NCBI GenBank assembly: GCA_951406725.2 | Contig: OX597815.1 | Location: 75,702,001-75,766,000, forward strand | Direction of reading: 5' to 3' | Length of the DNA: 64,000 bases | Source: Octopus vulgaris | Taxonomy: Eukaryota | Shown here: one piece after another, positions 12,925 through 28,374 of the stretch | Layout: each line of letters begins with the position of its first letter | Position numbering within the stretch: the stretch's first letter is position 1 | Made by a program: the position numbers and the translations under genes | The notes under the pieces: model-generated | The model's input: only the letters and a program-made list of their open reading frames with translations | Told to the model about the DNA's origin: nothing | Database searches by the model: none

Positions 12925-13680
12925 ACACACACACGCGTACCGTAAAAGTTCATACATACGTCTATATACGCACAAGCACAAGAAAAGAAACATGGTTAAA
13001 AGTAACAATACAGAGAAAAACAACAATACAGAAAAAAACATAAGGAAGTATATAAAGCGTAAAAACCACGTTCATATACGGACATGCCCTTATGCACTCA
13101 TACACACACACACGCCCATATATGTACATACCCGCACATGTTTATATACGCATACACACACAGGCATACACAAAAAAAGATTATTCATATATTTTCACAC
13201 ATAATAATTTTTTCTGTACTCTTCCATCCTGCATTTTTTCCTGTGCCTATATAGACGTGTATATAGATTCATTTGTACAGTGTGTGAATATGTATGAGTG
13301 GGCGGGTGTGTATGTATATAGATATGTGCGTGTGTGCGGGCATAAGAATACATATATATAGACGTTTTTACTTAGTATTTTTACAATTTTTTCGGGGTTT
13401 TGGTGGGGGGCATATGTATAATCTGTTTTTTTGTTGTATGCGTGTGTGTGTATGCGTATATAAACATGTGCCGGTACGTACATATATGGGCGTGTGTGTG
13501 TATGAGTGCATAAGGGCATGTCCGTATATGAACGTGGTTTTTAGGCTTTATATACTTCCTTATGTTTTTTTTCTGTATTGTTGTTTTGTTCTGTATTATT
13601 ACCTTTAACCATGTTTTTTCTTGTGCTTGTGCATATATAGACGTATGTATGAACTTTTACGGTACGCGTGTGTGTGTGTA
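12925..13680. repeat. Long inverted repeat (arms ~12925-13180 and ~13425-13680, ~245-bp spacer)
   Basis: CGCGTACCGTAAAAGTTCATACATACGTCTATATA...AAAAACCACGTTCATATACGGACATGCCCTTATGCACTC recurs as its reverse complement. Confidence 0.85.
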
Positions 13681-13917
13681 TGAGTTTGTATATATATGCG
13701 TGTACTTTTGGCGAAAAATGTGAGTGAAGATGCGTACGTTTTCTTAGTGACGTATAAGTACGCACGTGGGTCCGCGAGCGCGCATGTGAGCGTATGAGTA
13801 GCCATGTTTACGTGCTTACTATGAACTTTTAATCTTATTTTATATAAGTAGCGGAATTATAACACAGTAATTTCCCTTTATATAAAAGTATTTTTTCATA
13901 GCGTTTTTCAGATGGCC

Positions 13918-13980
13918 AGATAACCGAAGAGATGGTGTTGTGGATTTCCACTTCGGCATCCGAAACTCGGAGTTTTATCT
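13918..13980 (+). ncRNA. Type I hammerhead-like motif
   Basis: AGATAA-CCGAAGA-GATG...GTGGA(TT)TCCAC...CATC-C-GAA-ACTC(G)GAGT-T-TTATCT: stem I AGATAA/TTATCT, stem III ACTC/GAGT, with a U4C core variant. Confidence 0.55.
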
Positions 13981-14041
13981 TGACTATTGAATAATTGTAA
14001 CATATTATTTTACAGATATATATATATATATATATATATTC

Positions 14042-14157
<116 letters not shown>

Positions 14158-14181
14158 ATATGTATATATATATATATATTT

Positions 14182-14297
<116 letters not shown>

Positions 14298-14829
14298 ATA
14301 TTTCGGAATGGTCATTTTGCCAGTTTAGCCAATAAAAACACACGCACTATATATTTGGTATTACTTTGCTTCAGTGTTATTTATTTTTTACATTAATCTT
14401 AATCTTATTTCGGCCAGAGTTCTTTCATCACACTCCGGTGACCGCATCAGTGATCTTTTGTTTTCTTCTTTCTTATTTGTGTCTCTCCTAACTAACCGTT
14501 AGCAATTTTGTATAGACGTGTATATAGATTCATTTGTACGCGTGTGTGAATATGTATGAGTTGTCCCAGTTTCATCTACTCCGCGTTGGAAAGGTAAGGA
14601 CAAGACGCGACTTCGATGAAACAATTCTTTCCGGAAAGCAAATTAAATAAAATTTGAGATTTTTTGCGGAGGGTGAAAGTGGTAACAAGAACAGAACAGC
14701 GAGAACAAAAGAGTAAGAACAAACGTTGAGGGCTATTAAATCAAGACGATAGAAACATTCTTCTGAACGCTAGGAGGACGAGCTTACATGCATACATACG
14801 TACAACTGTATATCTGAGGCATTGATTTA

Positions 14830-15048
14830 CAGTAATCCCTCTGCTATCGCGGGTGTTACGTTCAAACCCACCCCCTGCGAAAGGTGAAAATCCGTAGAAA
14901 TAGTACAGTACTGTATATTTTTTTAATATTTTTTATCATTTGTATTTATTCATTTTATTATAAGTGCAAAACAACACCACGAAGGAATCGACCTAAGCTT
15001 AAATAATAAACCGCGATAGGTGAACCGCGATATGGCGAGGGATTACTG
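14830..15048. mobile_element. pogo/Tigger-like MITE
   Basis: Terminal inverted repeats CAGTAATCCCTC..TATCGCGG / CCGCGATA..GAGGGATTACTG, with TA on both sides. Confidence 0.85.
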
Positions 15049-15220
15049 TATAGTTACACACGTGTAAATACGACTATGCTACACACCCAATTTGTACCTC
15101 CCTCTTCTTCCTTTACTCTCTCTGCGTTGTCTCTTCTAACTTTCCCCCTTTCAATCTCTTTTTCTCTCTCTTCCTTTCCCTTTCGCTTTTTCCCTTCTCT
15201 CTTTCCATTCTCTTTCTCTC

Positions 15221-15319
<99 letters not shown>

Positions 15320-15794
15320 CTTCAACTCTGTATTTTCTACTTATTGCAACTTTTCAACCTTTTCCCGCTTCTCATTTTATCCTTTCGCTTTTTTTTTTTT
15401 TCCTATTTTCATACTGTTCTACTATCGTTTTCTCTTCCTTACTGACACCCACTTCTTTTCTTTCCTTTTTCTTTCTCCCTCCCTCTTTGTTCCTTCCTTT
15501 CTTTTTCACTCATTATGGTCTACCCTATTAATATTATTGCTGTTTCCCCTTCTTTATTACAGTCTTCCTTTTTCTTTCTATCCGTTTTCAGACGTTCTTA
15601 ACGCTCGTTCTATTTCTCGCCCTCTTCCTCTTTCCAGTTCCTGCTTTCCCCTCTCTTTCTCACTTCTACTCTTCGTTTTCCCTCATTCGCATCGTTTCCA
15701 CTCTCTCACTCTTTCTTTACTCTCTTTACTCTCTTTCCTCCTCCACTGTAACACCCTCTTCTAATTTTCCGTTTTCTCTCCCCTTCTTCTATGA

Positions 15795-15835
<41 letters not shown>

Positions 15836-16184
15836 GCAGACGGTGACAAAAAAAGCATTGTATTTAAAGAGATTTGCCACTTGCAAAGGAAGGTCAAAAC
15901 AAGAAAGTGACAGACGTCAACAGCGACAGCAACAAAACTGAACGACACAAACACATCACAAACACATTAAAAGAGAGACGAGACACTAACAATTACGACA
16001 ACATTACGACACACAACACAGGAAGTTTCTATCGAATACGAAGTTTTCACCAGTTTTAGAAGTTTTTATTGGGTAAGTAAACAGTCAAGTTGATGCTCAC
16101 ATCGTTTGAAAAATATTTATACCTCAAATCTCAAACTCTATCCTTCTTTTTCTTTTCTCCCTCTTTCTCTTTCTCTCTCACACT

Positions 16185-16199
16185 ATCTATCTATCTATG

Positions 16200-16274
<75 letters not shown>
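16185..16274. repeat. (TATC)n microsatellite without retrotransposon insertion
   Basis: Tetranucleotide run. Another lies at ~37716-37830. Confidence 0.9.
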
Positions 16275-17117
16275 CCTCAGGACACGTGCACACACACTGG
16301 ATCTAGTTAAACTGATAAACAAAATCAGCCCCCTTTAATTTTGCTCAGATTGTTTTCAATTTTGGTGTATCGATGCAGTTCTGAATTTTGATATGTGTAA
16401 TTTGTGTAATTTTAGCCAATCGACAGACAGCGAGGCATTAACAACTTGTTACCATAACAACCGCACGTTCTATTGTGTCTCACTTCACCCGCACGTTATG
16501 TTGATTCTTCACACCACGAGATTCGCTTCACCCGCATGTTTTGTTTTAATAAAAATTTATATTTATCAATTAGCATTTTATTGAGGATATTTTTCGTCAA
16601 TTATCTTAATATTTTACATATTTTTCATTCTTTTACCTATTTCAGTCATTTGACTGCGGCCATGCTGGAGCATCGCCTTTAGTTGAGCAAATCGACCCCA
16701 GGACTTATTCTTTGTAAACTTAGTACTTATTCTGTCGGTCACTTTTGCCGAACCGCTAAGTTACAGGGACGTAAAAGCACTAGCATCGGTTGTCAAGCCG
16801 TGGAGAGTTGTCCACATTTTCGCGAATTTTTACTTCAGAATTGGAAAACCTAGCTATCAAGCGAAGGAAAACAACTCGCTAGGCCATAATTTTTAAGAGG
16901 AATATTTCTTGAGCTATCACCCGCGTTCTTGTGTTTAAAAAAACCTTCTATGCAGAGAACGGTTATCGTTTAGAGAAACTGAAGAAATGTCTAGTTCACG
17001 CTAGATATGAAACCAATGGGGTTTTCCTAAACTATTACGTTACACATACAAAAATAAACAACTGCTCTATATTTTATAGGGTATGCTCTTCTCCTGATTT
17101 ATGATATTGTAACTAAG

Positions 17118-19064
<1,947 letters not shown>

Positions 19065-19069
19065 CATAT

Positions 19070-19114
<45 letters not shown>

Positions 19115-19184
19115 CAATCGTGTGTGTGTCTACATTTATACATGTACACATATACATATATGTATACACAAAGATACATACATG

Positions 19185-19278
<94 letters not shown>

Positions 19279-19300
19279 TTTTATTTTAGCTGCAAAATGC

Positions 19301-19352
19301 TCACAAAACTGTTACTCGGAGTTTCACATCCCCGTTCATCGGACAATTGTGA
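19301..19352 (-). ncRNA. Type I hammerhead ribozyme candidate
   Basis: Minus strand: TCACAATTGT-CCGATGA-ACG(GGGA)TGT-GAA-ACTC(C)GAGT-A-ACAGTTTTGTGA. Stems I, II and III are present with a GUA cleavage triplet. U4C core variant. Confidence 0.65.
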
Positions 19353-21245
19353 TGAAAACTGAATTAAAATCGTGATACTACATGTAGTATAATATGATAT
19401 AATATAAATCAATTCTATGAATAAGCATTTAAATTTGATTGGGTAACTGATCTTCAAAACAGAACGGTGTAGTTCTCATTACAATTTGGTTGGATGGAGG
19501 ATGAGAAATTTACAGTAAAATATAAATATAAATATAAACATATTACGATAAGATCGGGAAAAAAACCTTATTTAAAATGGGAGGAATGTATATCCAGAAA
19601 ATAATTAATTAATACTAAATAACTTATTTGAAAGAATAGGATTGCAAATTTGGTGTTAAAAGTGAGATTATAATACAATGTAGATGGGAAAGCATAGATG
19701 AAAAGCTCAATAATGAGTGTACGATATAGAATATATATGCATAGATAAAGACATATACAAACATATATACTTACATATATACTTACATGTATATAAATAC
19801 ACACATACATAACACTATACACACACACACACACATATGGCTATATACTTAATCCACCACCCGGTCTAACACCACCTTCTGGCACAGCGAAATCCGGTCA
19901 ATTGCAAACATTTGAGTCATGTTTCTAGTTTAAGGAAACTTTCCTGCTCTTCCTCCCTCCCACTACATTCGGATACCCTGTAAAGTGTCATGGACACTGC
20001 CTTTCCTCTTGACTAAAGGATAAAAAATTTTTCCAACCAACAGTAAGCTACTTGTTGCTTATACCAATTTAAAGTGCCTATAAGAAAGTTCGTATAGATG
20101 TTTGTCGGAATAGCAGAGTTGATATTATAGCTTTCCGACATCATTCTTTTTCTTTTTTTTTTTTTTTTTGCAATTAAGACGCATTCAGGTTATTTCTACG
20201 GTCACGTAAAGGTTTTAACCCATAAAATTTTTGGCAGAACTGAATTGATTTTCCTACAGCAGAGACATAAAGCTTATGTCCATAATTCTGATAGTAAACT
20301 CTTCAACCCGAATTTTAGAAACAGTGTCTAGCAGCAGAAATATTTCTCCAGTTTTGTAGACTGGACATAGCTATTGCAAATTGCTTTTCTATCGGTTTCT
20401 ATGTTTCGTCTTCGGCAAAAATATATCTCTAAAAGCCATTTCCGTTATAGTTTGTTAGTTGTCTAAGAGAACTGACAGCCATTAATTAACACAGTTTTGC
20501 AGGTTTTTTTAATTAAATATAGTTCTATTCGTTCGCTGAGTACATTTTGCTGCAATTAAATACCATCTTAATTCTCCTCTTTTGTAATTCCAGGCTAGAT
20601 GCGGCTTCTGCATCGACTGGACTTCACTGACATTAATCCACTTTATCGTTCACATCTGACTTCATATGTGTAAGATGCCTTTCAAACTGGATAATAAATC
20701 TATCAAAGGCCTTTGCAGATTTATCCTTTAACATAGGTTTAATTCATATCGATGATCTAGTTGATTATTGTAGCATCTGACGGGTGAAAATTGTTCTCAT
20801 TCAAAACATCAAAGAATTAATAGAAAGCCATAGGGATATATCGACCCACGAAACCCTTTCATCCACCCGTTTATGATAAATATCGATAAATATCTAGAGA
20901 TTTCACATTATTCTGCTTTTAGAAATTAACATATATGTCTAGCCCCCTAATGTATATGTGTTTGTGCGTATGTTTTATATCTGTATATGTTTACGTGTGG
21001 GTATGTGTATGTATGTATGTATGTATGTATGTATGTATGTATGTATGTATGTATGTATTATGTATGTATGTATGCATGCATGTATGTGTGTGAGTATTAA
21101 ATGCAGCACATTTTGACCTAACTAATCTGAGGCGTGATACCACAAAGTCCTCGATAAATACATAATTTAAAATATTTAGAGCTGTGACATTAGTCTACAG
21201 GGTAATTATGGAGCATAGTTAAACAACTCGTACAAATCATATCAT

Positions 21246-21283
<38 letters not shown>

Positions 21284-21968
21284 CGTATAGTGCTGGAGCG
21301 AGCCCTGTCTATATATATATAGTGCTGGAGCGAGCCCTGTCTCAGTAGACAGTACTAGTGACTTGCTTCATGCTCCAGCTTCAAAAAACGAGACAGTTGT
21401 AAATGAATGAAACAACATAGTAAGTATAAAACAGATTTTGATTTGTTGCCGTTTCTAAAGAATCCAGATACGAATCGCATGGAATGAAACAGAAAATATT
21501 TCAGAACATGTTAAAATCTTTCTTTGGATGATATTTCCAAGGAAATCAAGTGTATTATTTAAAAACATTAGCATTGGACAAAAAAGCCCTTATTGTTGGT
21601 TCCCGGTCCTGTTTCTTTATTTGTATTGTTTTTTCTACTGTTTTTTCTTCATTTGTATTGCTTTTACGTCCTGTTCTTGTCACTTGTTTTACTCCTCTGC
21701 AAAAAAATTTTACTTAATTCCTTTTGCAGGAAGGATTGCTTCGGCCTGGCCGTGTTCTGCCCTTACCTTCAAAACACGCATTGAGTCGAACCAGGGGCAG
21801 CTGATGAAGGGGAATTTTCCTTGTATTGTTCGTCCTGTACTCTGTTTTTCGTTGTTTAAAAAAAAGTCCGTTTCCTTGTTTTTTCGTTGTTAAAAAAAGT
21901 CCGTTTCCTTGTTTGATTTTATGTTTTCGTTTCTCGTTGTGTTCCACGTTTATTTGTAGTGTCCTGTA

Positions 21969-22018
<50 letters not shown>

Positions 22019-22093
22019 TGTATATATACATGTAGATGTAAGTATGTACATATATGTATGTATATATACATATATTTTATTTATTTATTATAT

Positions 22094-22152
<59 letters not shown>

Positions 22153-22291
22153 TAGGTGAATGAATTATCCTAGTATTGATAATTCGGTTAATCGATACCT
22201 TGGTAGCAAATTCACATCAGAAAACACTGTTGTAGCTACATGCCAAGGGTAGAAACCCCGTGTTCTTGAGTGGTAATTTGTGTATGTTTTT

Positions 22292-22487
22292 TAATGAATA
22301 AATGAAAGAATGGAGTTGAACGAAGATTTTAACAAAATTCCTTTACTTTCAACACATGTTTCGAAGACTGCATATTCTTAATTCCGAACGAATAGACGGT
22401 GCATTATGCCGTCTTCTCATCATGTGTTGAAAGTAAAGGAATTTTGTTCAAATCTTCATTCGACTCCATTCTTTCATTTATTCATTT
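22292..22487. repeat. Fold-back inverted repeat with hammerhead-like centre
   Basis: ~65-bp arms AATGAATAAATGAAAGAATGGAG...TTTCAACACATG / CATGTGTTGAAA...CTCCATTCTTTCATTTATTCATT. The minus-strand centre reads TGATGA-GAAGAC...GTCTTC-GAAACATGT. Confidence 0.75.
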
Positions 22488-22620
<133 letters not shown>

Positions 22621-25600
22621 ATATGTGTATATATGTGTATGTTCTCTTCTATTTTAAATTATTTGGAGTCTTCCTGTAAGGAAGGTGTTGCTTTCTAACA
22701 AAAATACAAAGTTCCATTGTTGGAATGTAGTGAACAAAAACAAAATCACATTTTGAAGTTGAGAAAAGTCTTGCATATTTTTATTGTTCCGCTTACAGAT
22801 TATATTTTTAATGTGCATGTTACGTGGTTAATTTCTTTTTCTGAATACCACAGCTCATCCAGATAATCACTTAAGCATTTACTAACAAAACCATAGGCCC
22901 CAATTATTATTGGTATGTATGTATGTATGTATGTATGTATGTATGTTTGTATGTATGTATGTATGTATGAATTATGTATGTATGTAAATAATTTTCCTTG
23001 CAGAATTCAAACCTGATATTAACAAGGCATTTTCATTTAAATCAAGATGACTCTTGGGGATTCCCAGATATATTAATTTGTGATTACATATATGTAGGTG
23101 CGTATGCATGTATGTGTGTGTATGTATGTGTGCGTGTGTGCATGCGCACTTTGTCTGTCTGTCTGTATAGAGTTTCGTGTCCATGTAATTATGATAGTTA
23201 TCAGCATTCACATGAAAAACTATAATGTAAGTCATGAGATCATATGGACCGTAAAAACAGTGACGTAATTCGTAGCATAATTCCTGAGATGTGGTTCGCT
23301 TTGCTTCACAAGCTATTTTGATCATCTCTCAAAAACCAAAAAAAAAGGGGGCGAACAAAACAATAACCAAAATTTACAAAAAAAAACTAGTCCACAATAG
23401 AGAAAAAACACTGATCTCTCGAGAAAAGAAATCCGTGGTCACGAAACTATTTCAGTTGTAGTCATTTCCTTCTCGTTTCTTCCTTTGTTAACGCTACCGA
23501 GAAAGACAAGGATGTCATGCAATCTCATTTTGCTTCACTTATAAATATAACACCCTGTACTTTGCGATAAGGGAACGGTAGAAGCGTAAAGGAAATTAAT
23601 GCTTTTAATTTATTTTCCTTTAATCATATCCATAATTACCCTAATGATATTCAACCCCTAAAATCTGTGGCTAAGTAATGATAATTAACAGTGATCATTA
23701 GCTTCAGATGTGTGTCAATAAGCTGACATTGACCCTTAAACACTGCTATACTAATACTTAATAAAACTTCCATCCCGTCTCTTTATTGCTATGTCTGTAG
23801 CTAACATTTCTCTTTGAATACTGTACGTCAATATTCATACTACTCATATTAGTGTATATGAAGAGATAAACATTGAATGTTAAACACAGCAGCTTCCCGT
23901 TAATAAAGTCTATTTATTTCTCACAGGGATTTGCAATTTATTGTGAAAGAGGAGTGTAGTTGTGTAGTATCTTATCGTGATTTTTTGGGGTTTATTTATT
24001 TTTTTTTGTGGAAAGGAGAAATCATTATCATCATCGTCGTCGTCATCATTATTAGCTTCGTCATCATTATTAGCTTCGTCATCATCATTATAATCATTAT
24101 CAGGTTGAATCTGATAGTGGTAGTGATACTTGCATATCCCTACAAAATCAAAGAATTATACCAGGACGGAGGATGGAGAAAGGAATTTAGTCCTGGCCAT
24201 GTTTGAAGCCAGGGATAAGACTAAATGAAAATCACCACTAGAAGTCTTGAGAGCAAAATGGCGGATGTGCGGTTTCGGAGCAAGAATCAAGTGAAAATCT
24301 ACCGATGATAATACTCACAGGATCCTAGAAGATGGAACTATATCGATGACACTGACCAGAGTCACTTGGTTCCGAGAGTGAACAACCGTTAACATCTTTT
24401 GAACTGATGATTATGGTTGTTATTCAGCGACCGGAAGAGAAAAAAGTGGAAATAAAATTAAATATTTTATTATCAACTATAATTCGAAACCGGCTTGCAA
24501 ACTTAATTCTTCTGAACTTATTACTGACTACTCTATGGTGTTCATTGTGTCAATAAAAATATTGGCTTCTTCTGATTTGACATAAGGCTACATTATTTTG
24601 CAGTCAAATTAATTCGTTCAACAAGGTGGTGAGCTGGCATAGTCGTTAAACACGCCGGGCAAAATGCTTTCGTCTGTCTTTACGTTCTGAGTTCAAATTT
24701 CGCTGAGGTCAACTTTATCTTTCATCTTTTCACGGTCGATAAAATAAGTGACAGTTGAGAACTGGAGTCGATGTAATCGACTTACCTCCTCCTCTGAACT
24801 GGCTGGCTTTGTGCCAAAATTTGAATTCCTCCATTATGATAATGGTACTGAATGAAATCCTGTGAGTTTTAACATAAAGGTCTCTTTGAGAAGTTTCCCT
24901 AAGACAAAATATTACAGCTTTCACGTTTGTTTACGTATTATATATGTTATATAAGCAACGATGTACTGGTACTAATTTTATTGAAGTCAGGAATAATCAG
25001 GAGTGTAGTTGACCCTCACAAAACTTAAATTCAGAATGAGCATTGAGAGACGAGAATAACTTCATTTATTGCCAAGCAATTTTTTAAGACGAATTATTGA
25101 TAATGTTTTTTACTATTGACACAAGGCCTGAAATTTTGCAGGATGAGACAGCTAGTCGATTACATCGACCCTAGTGCTCAACTGGTATTTATTTTATCAA
25201 CCCCGAAAGGATAAAAGACAAAGTCGACTTCGTCAAAATTTGAAACTAGAGATTAAAGCCAGAAGAAATGCTGCTAAGCATTTAGTCCGACATGCTAACG
25301 ATTAGGCAAGCTCAACCCCGTTATATCAAATATTGATAATTAAGGAAACATATCGGCAAATATTCCGGTTTGAGCCATTATGCTAACTCATCACATTTAC
25401 GGTCATTAAAAAACATATAGGGATTTACTTCATTTGCACAAGAATGTAAATTTTCAGAGTGTAAGTATCATCTTCCGGGATGAAAGCTATTTTCAGAGAT
25501 CATCGTTTGGATCAATTCAGTTATATGAATAGTCAACCGCAGAGAGATGAATGTCAAAATCAACAAATGATTTGTCATTAGACTGTTCATCTTTCTACCG

Positions 25601-25783
25601 TATCATCCAATCCCTTTTGTTCGTAAAAGAATTATATCAACAACTTCTTAATTTATTATTCTATCTTTACACTTAAACCAACTTTCATAATAAATCGTGG
25701 TTTATTTAATAAATATTTCAATAATGGTTAATGTTTCTTCTATTTTAGGTAGACTTGAAGTCGTTTCTATTAAACTCTGGAAG

Positions 25784-26752
25784 ATGCCCAACTCCATGAT
25801 TGCTGTTTTCTTCATATTCGTTCTTAAAACAGTGGCGCTGGCAGATGAAGTAGACACCAAGATACCATGCCCGGATTTTTGTAAATGCAAATCAATCGAT
25901 AAAATGGAATGTAGTGTTGAAAGCTTACCACTTTCTTTACCTGCAGGAAAATTTAAAAGAATAAGTTTTGATAATAAAGGGGAAACGTTGGTAGATATAC
26001 CGGCTCCTGTAATCAAAATGCAACCAAATACATCAATTCACACTCTCGTATTGCAATATCTTAATATCAGCACAATCAAAACGAACGCTTTCGAAGGTTT
26101 GGGGAATATCAAACTATTTTTTATTAGCCATTCAAGCATTAAGAAAATTGAACCATATGCTTTCAGAAATCTAGACATCACCAAGTTCATGTTCCTTAAC
26201 GATTCTATTGATACAATTGAATCCTTTGCTTTCTCTGAATTCAATGCCTCAACCTTTAACATTTTCAAAAGTAATATTAGTACAATACAGACAGCAGCAT
26301 TCAATAAAATCACATCTAAACTCCTTATAGCCTTGAGTACTATCGAAGATATGCAAGCACAGGCTGTAAGCAATGGAACACTCACGGGCTTTATTGCATT
26401 AAAAAGCCGAATTATTCAATTTGGTTGTAATAATTTTCATAATATATCCTTACTAAAAATTAAAGCAAACATGACCTGTAATTGTAACAGTGTTTGGTTG
26501 ATGGAAAATGTTTTAACTTCGGATGCAAATTTGGAAAATATAATATGCCTAGCTCCACCTAGTCTGGCTGGCATATCTTTATCGCAGCTGAACAAAACAG
26601 ACTTATGCAACAGTTCTACTATTACAGATTCAGTGTGTCCAAGCATAACTCTTATTATGGAATATATTAAATCTGATGCCAACAAATGGGATGCCTCTTT
26701 AACTATGTTAGTGTTCATCGTCAGTTATATCCTTTTCATTTCATTGAAATAA
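25784..26752 (+). CDS. Extracellular leucine-rich-repeat protein (322 aa): signal peptide, LRRNT, LRRs, LRRCT and a C-terminal hydrophobic anchor
   Basis: Uninterrupted non-repetitive ORF. ATG at 25784 follows a splice-acceptor-like TTTCTTCTATTTTAG (ends 25748). It has a hydrophobic N-terminus MPNSMIAVFFIFVLKTVALA, a CPDFCKC cap, repeated IxxIxxxAFxxL units, a TCNCNSVWL...IICLAPPSLAG..LC cap and terminal LTMLVFIVSYILFISLK. Confidence 0.88.
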   Translation: MPNSMIAVFFIFVLKTVALADEVDTKIPCPDFCKCKSIDKMECSVESLPLSLPAGKFKRISFDNKGETLVDIPAPVIKMQPNTSIHTLVLQYLNISTIKTNAFEGLGNIKLFFISHSSIKKIEPYAFRNLDITKFMFLNDSIDTIESFAFSEFNASTFNIFKSNISTIQTAAFNKITSKLLIALSTIEDMQAQAVSNGTLTGFIALKSRIIQFGCNNFHNISLLKIKANMTCNCNSVWLMENVLTSDANLENIICLAPPSLAGISLSQLNKTDLCNSSTITDSVCPSITLIMEYIKSDANKWDASLTMLVFIVSYILFISLK

Positions 26753-26756
26753 AAGG

Positions 26757-26820
<64 letters not shown>

Positions 26821-28204
26821 TGTTAACTGACGGAAGGAGGAGTACTCGATACCTAACGAATGATTAATAACATTTTTTTAAATTTTGATGAAGTCAGTCT
26901 CTTGCTTCTCTGAGTTTCAGTTGTATGTGTAGTGTCTTCAGATAAGTTACGACTTGCCTCAAAATCATAACTAAAAGAAGCAAGAGGCTAACTCAACGTG
27001 TGTATGTGTGGGAGGGGGTGCTTGTGTGTTTGTGTGTGGGTGTGTTTGTGTATGTATGTGTGTGTGTGTGTGTGTAGAATAAATTGCGTGCATATAGCTA
27101 GATGTACGAATGCTCCTGTTATGTCTAGACTTTTATGATTCAGTTTGCTTTCTGTATAGTTGTTAAGTAATTTCTATACTGAGCAGTATAACTTGTGAGC
27201 TGCAGAGTAAACGTAAGAAAAATACAAATAAATACGAGTTTATATTAAAGTTCCTGTGAGCATTTCACCATTATAGTTCTTTGGAACCCTGCAGTAGTTC
27301 TAAATGCACATACTCAACCACAATGAATCCTCAAGGAACACTTTATTGCATCAAGTTACAGATAGGGACATAGTAATCTATAACTTGATACAATGAAGTA
27401 TTCCTAGGGGATTCGTTGTAGTTAAGCATCTATATGCATGTAGAACTTTTATCGGAGGACTCCGTGCAAATGTATGTATGTATGTATGTATGTATGTATG
27501 TATGTATGTATTTATGTATTTACACATATTTGAAGACCCACAAAGATCAGAACTTAACTGCAGCTCTTGATGGTCCAAAGTAGATAAGCAATTTATGTGG
27601 GTGTCTTTTCAAAACGTTGTCTGGTTTAAAAAGCCACATCAGACGCCATAATAGATCTAAGGAGTAAGTGCAAAAGGTGATCAGACTCTGCATAAGGAAT
27701 AGACAACCACCATGTATGTATGTATGTACGTATGCATACATGTATGTATGTGTGTATGTATGTATGTATGTATGTATGTACGTATGCATACATGTATGTA
27801 TGTATGTGTGTGTGTATGTATATATGTATGTAGGTATGTATGTGTGTATACATGTATGCATGTATGTATCTGTGTATGAAGTTGGAATTTACAAAAACAA
27901 TACAAAACAAAAGACGAAGACGGATGTGTAAACAACAAACAGGTGTATTAGTTTAACGTTCGAGATGCTACAAAAAATAGAGAAATTTCAATTGACGAGC
28001 ATAAAATGTGTTCGAGTGTGATGGGTTTGTAGTGGTGAGATCGAAAATGAATGAATGCATTTCAAAACGAAGCCAACCCAAAAAATTAGGATTTGTAATT
28101 TATATTATGTGGACAACGTTAAATACATGGCATGTTTGCGTGTCTGAGTTTATATGTGTACATGTCTATATCATATTATGTGTGTAAAGATATATATATA
28201 TATT

Positions 28205-28306
28205 GGCCTGCTCGCTTAGCCAGCGGGGTGGCGTCATTCGAAGGCTAAAACAATGCGAACGCATTGTGACCAGCGATGTGTAACAACATCTGATGGTCTG
28301 GTCGGT

Positions 28307-28313
<7 letters not shown>
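28205..28313 (+). mobile_element. Isolated 3' tail module of the SINE at 4229, flanked by (TA)n
   Basis: GGCCTGCTCGCTTAGCCAGCGGGGTGGCGTCATT...CATTGTGACCAGCGATGTG...GGTCACG matches ~4420-4538. Confidence 0.7.

Positions 28314-28374
<61 letters not shown>

Noticed and set aside
21283-21342. Short tandem duplication TATAGTGCTGGAGCGAGCCCTGTCT x2 (and TCTGACTCCTTCACATT x2 at ~28677)
   Set aside because: Two-copy local duplications consistent with slippage or repair, with no further structure.
21795-21830. CTGATGAAGGGG motif as a hammerhead (similar at ~2715 minus and ~44405)
   Set aside because: No downstream GAAA or closing stems could be found, although these belong to a shared interspersed repeat.
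25697-25783. N-terminal 29 codons of the 351-aa LRR ORF
   Set aside because: It starts at GTG and spans a probable intron end (AG at 25747-25748). The signal peptide begins at ATG 25784.
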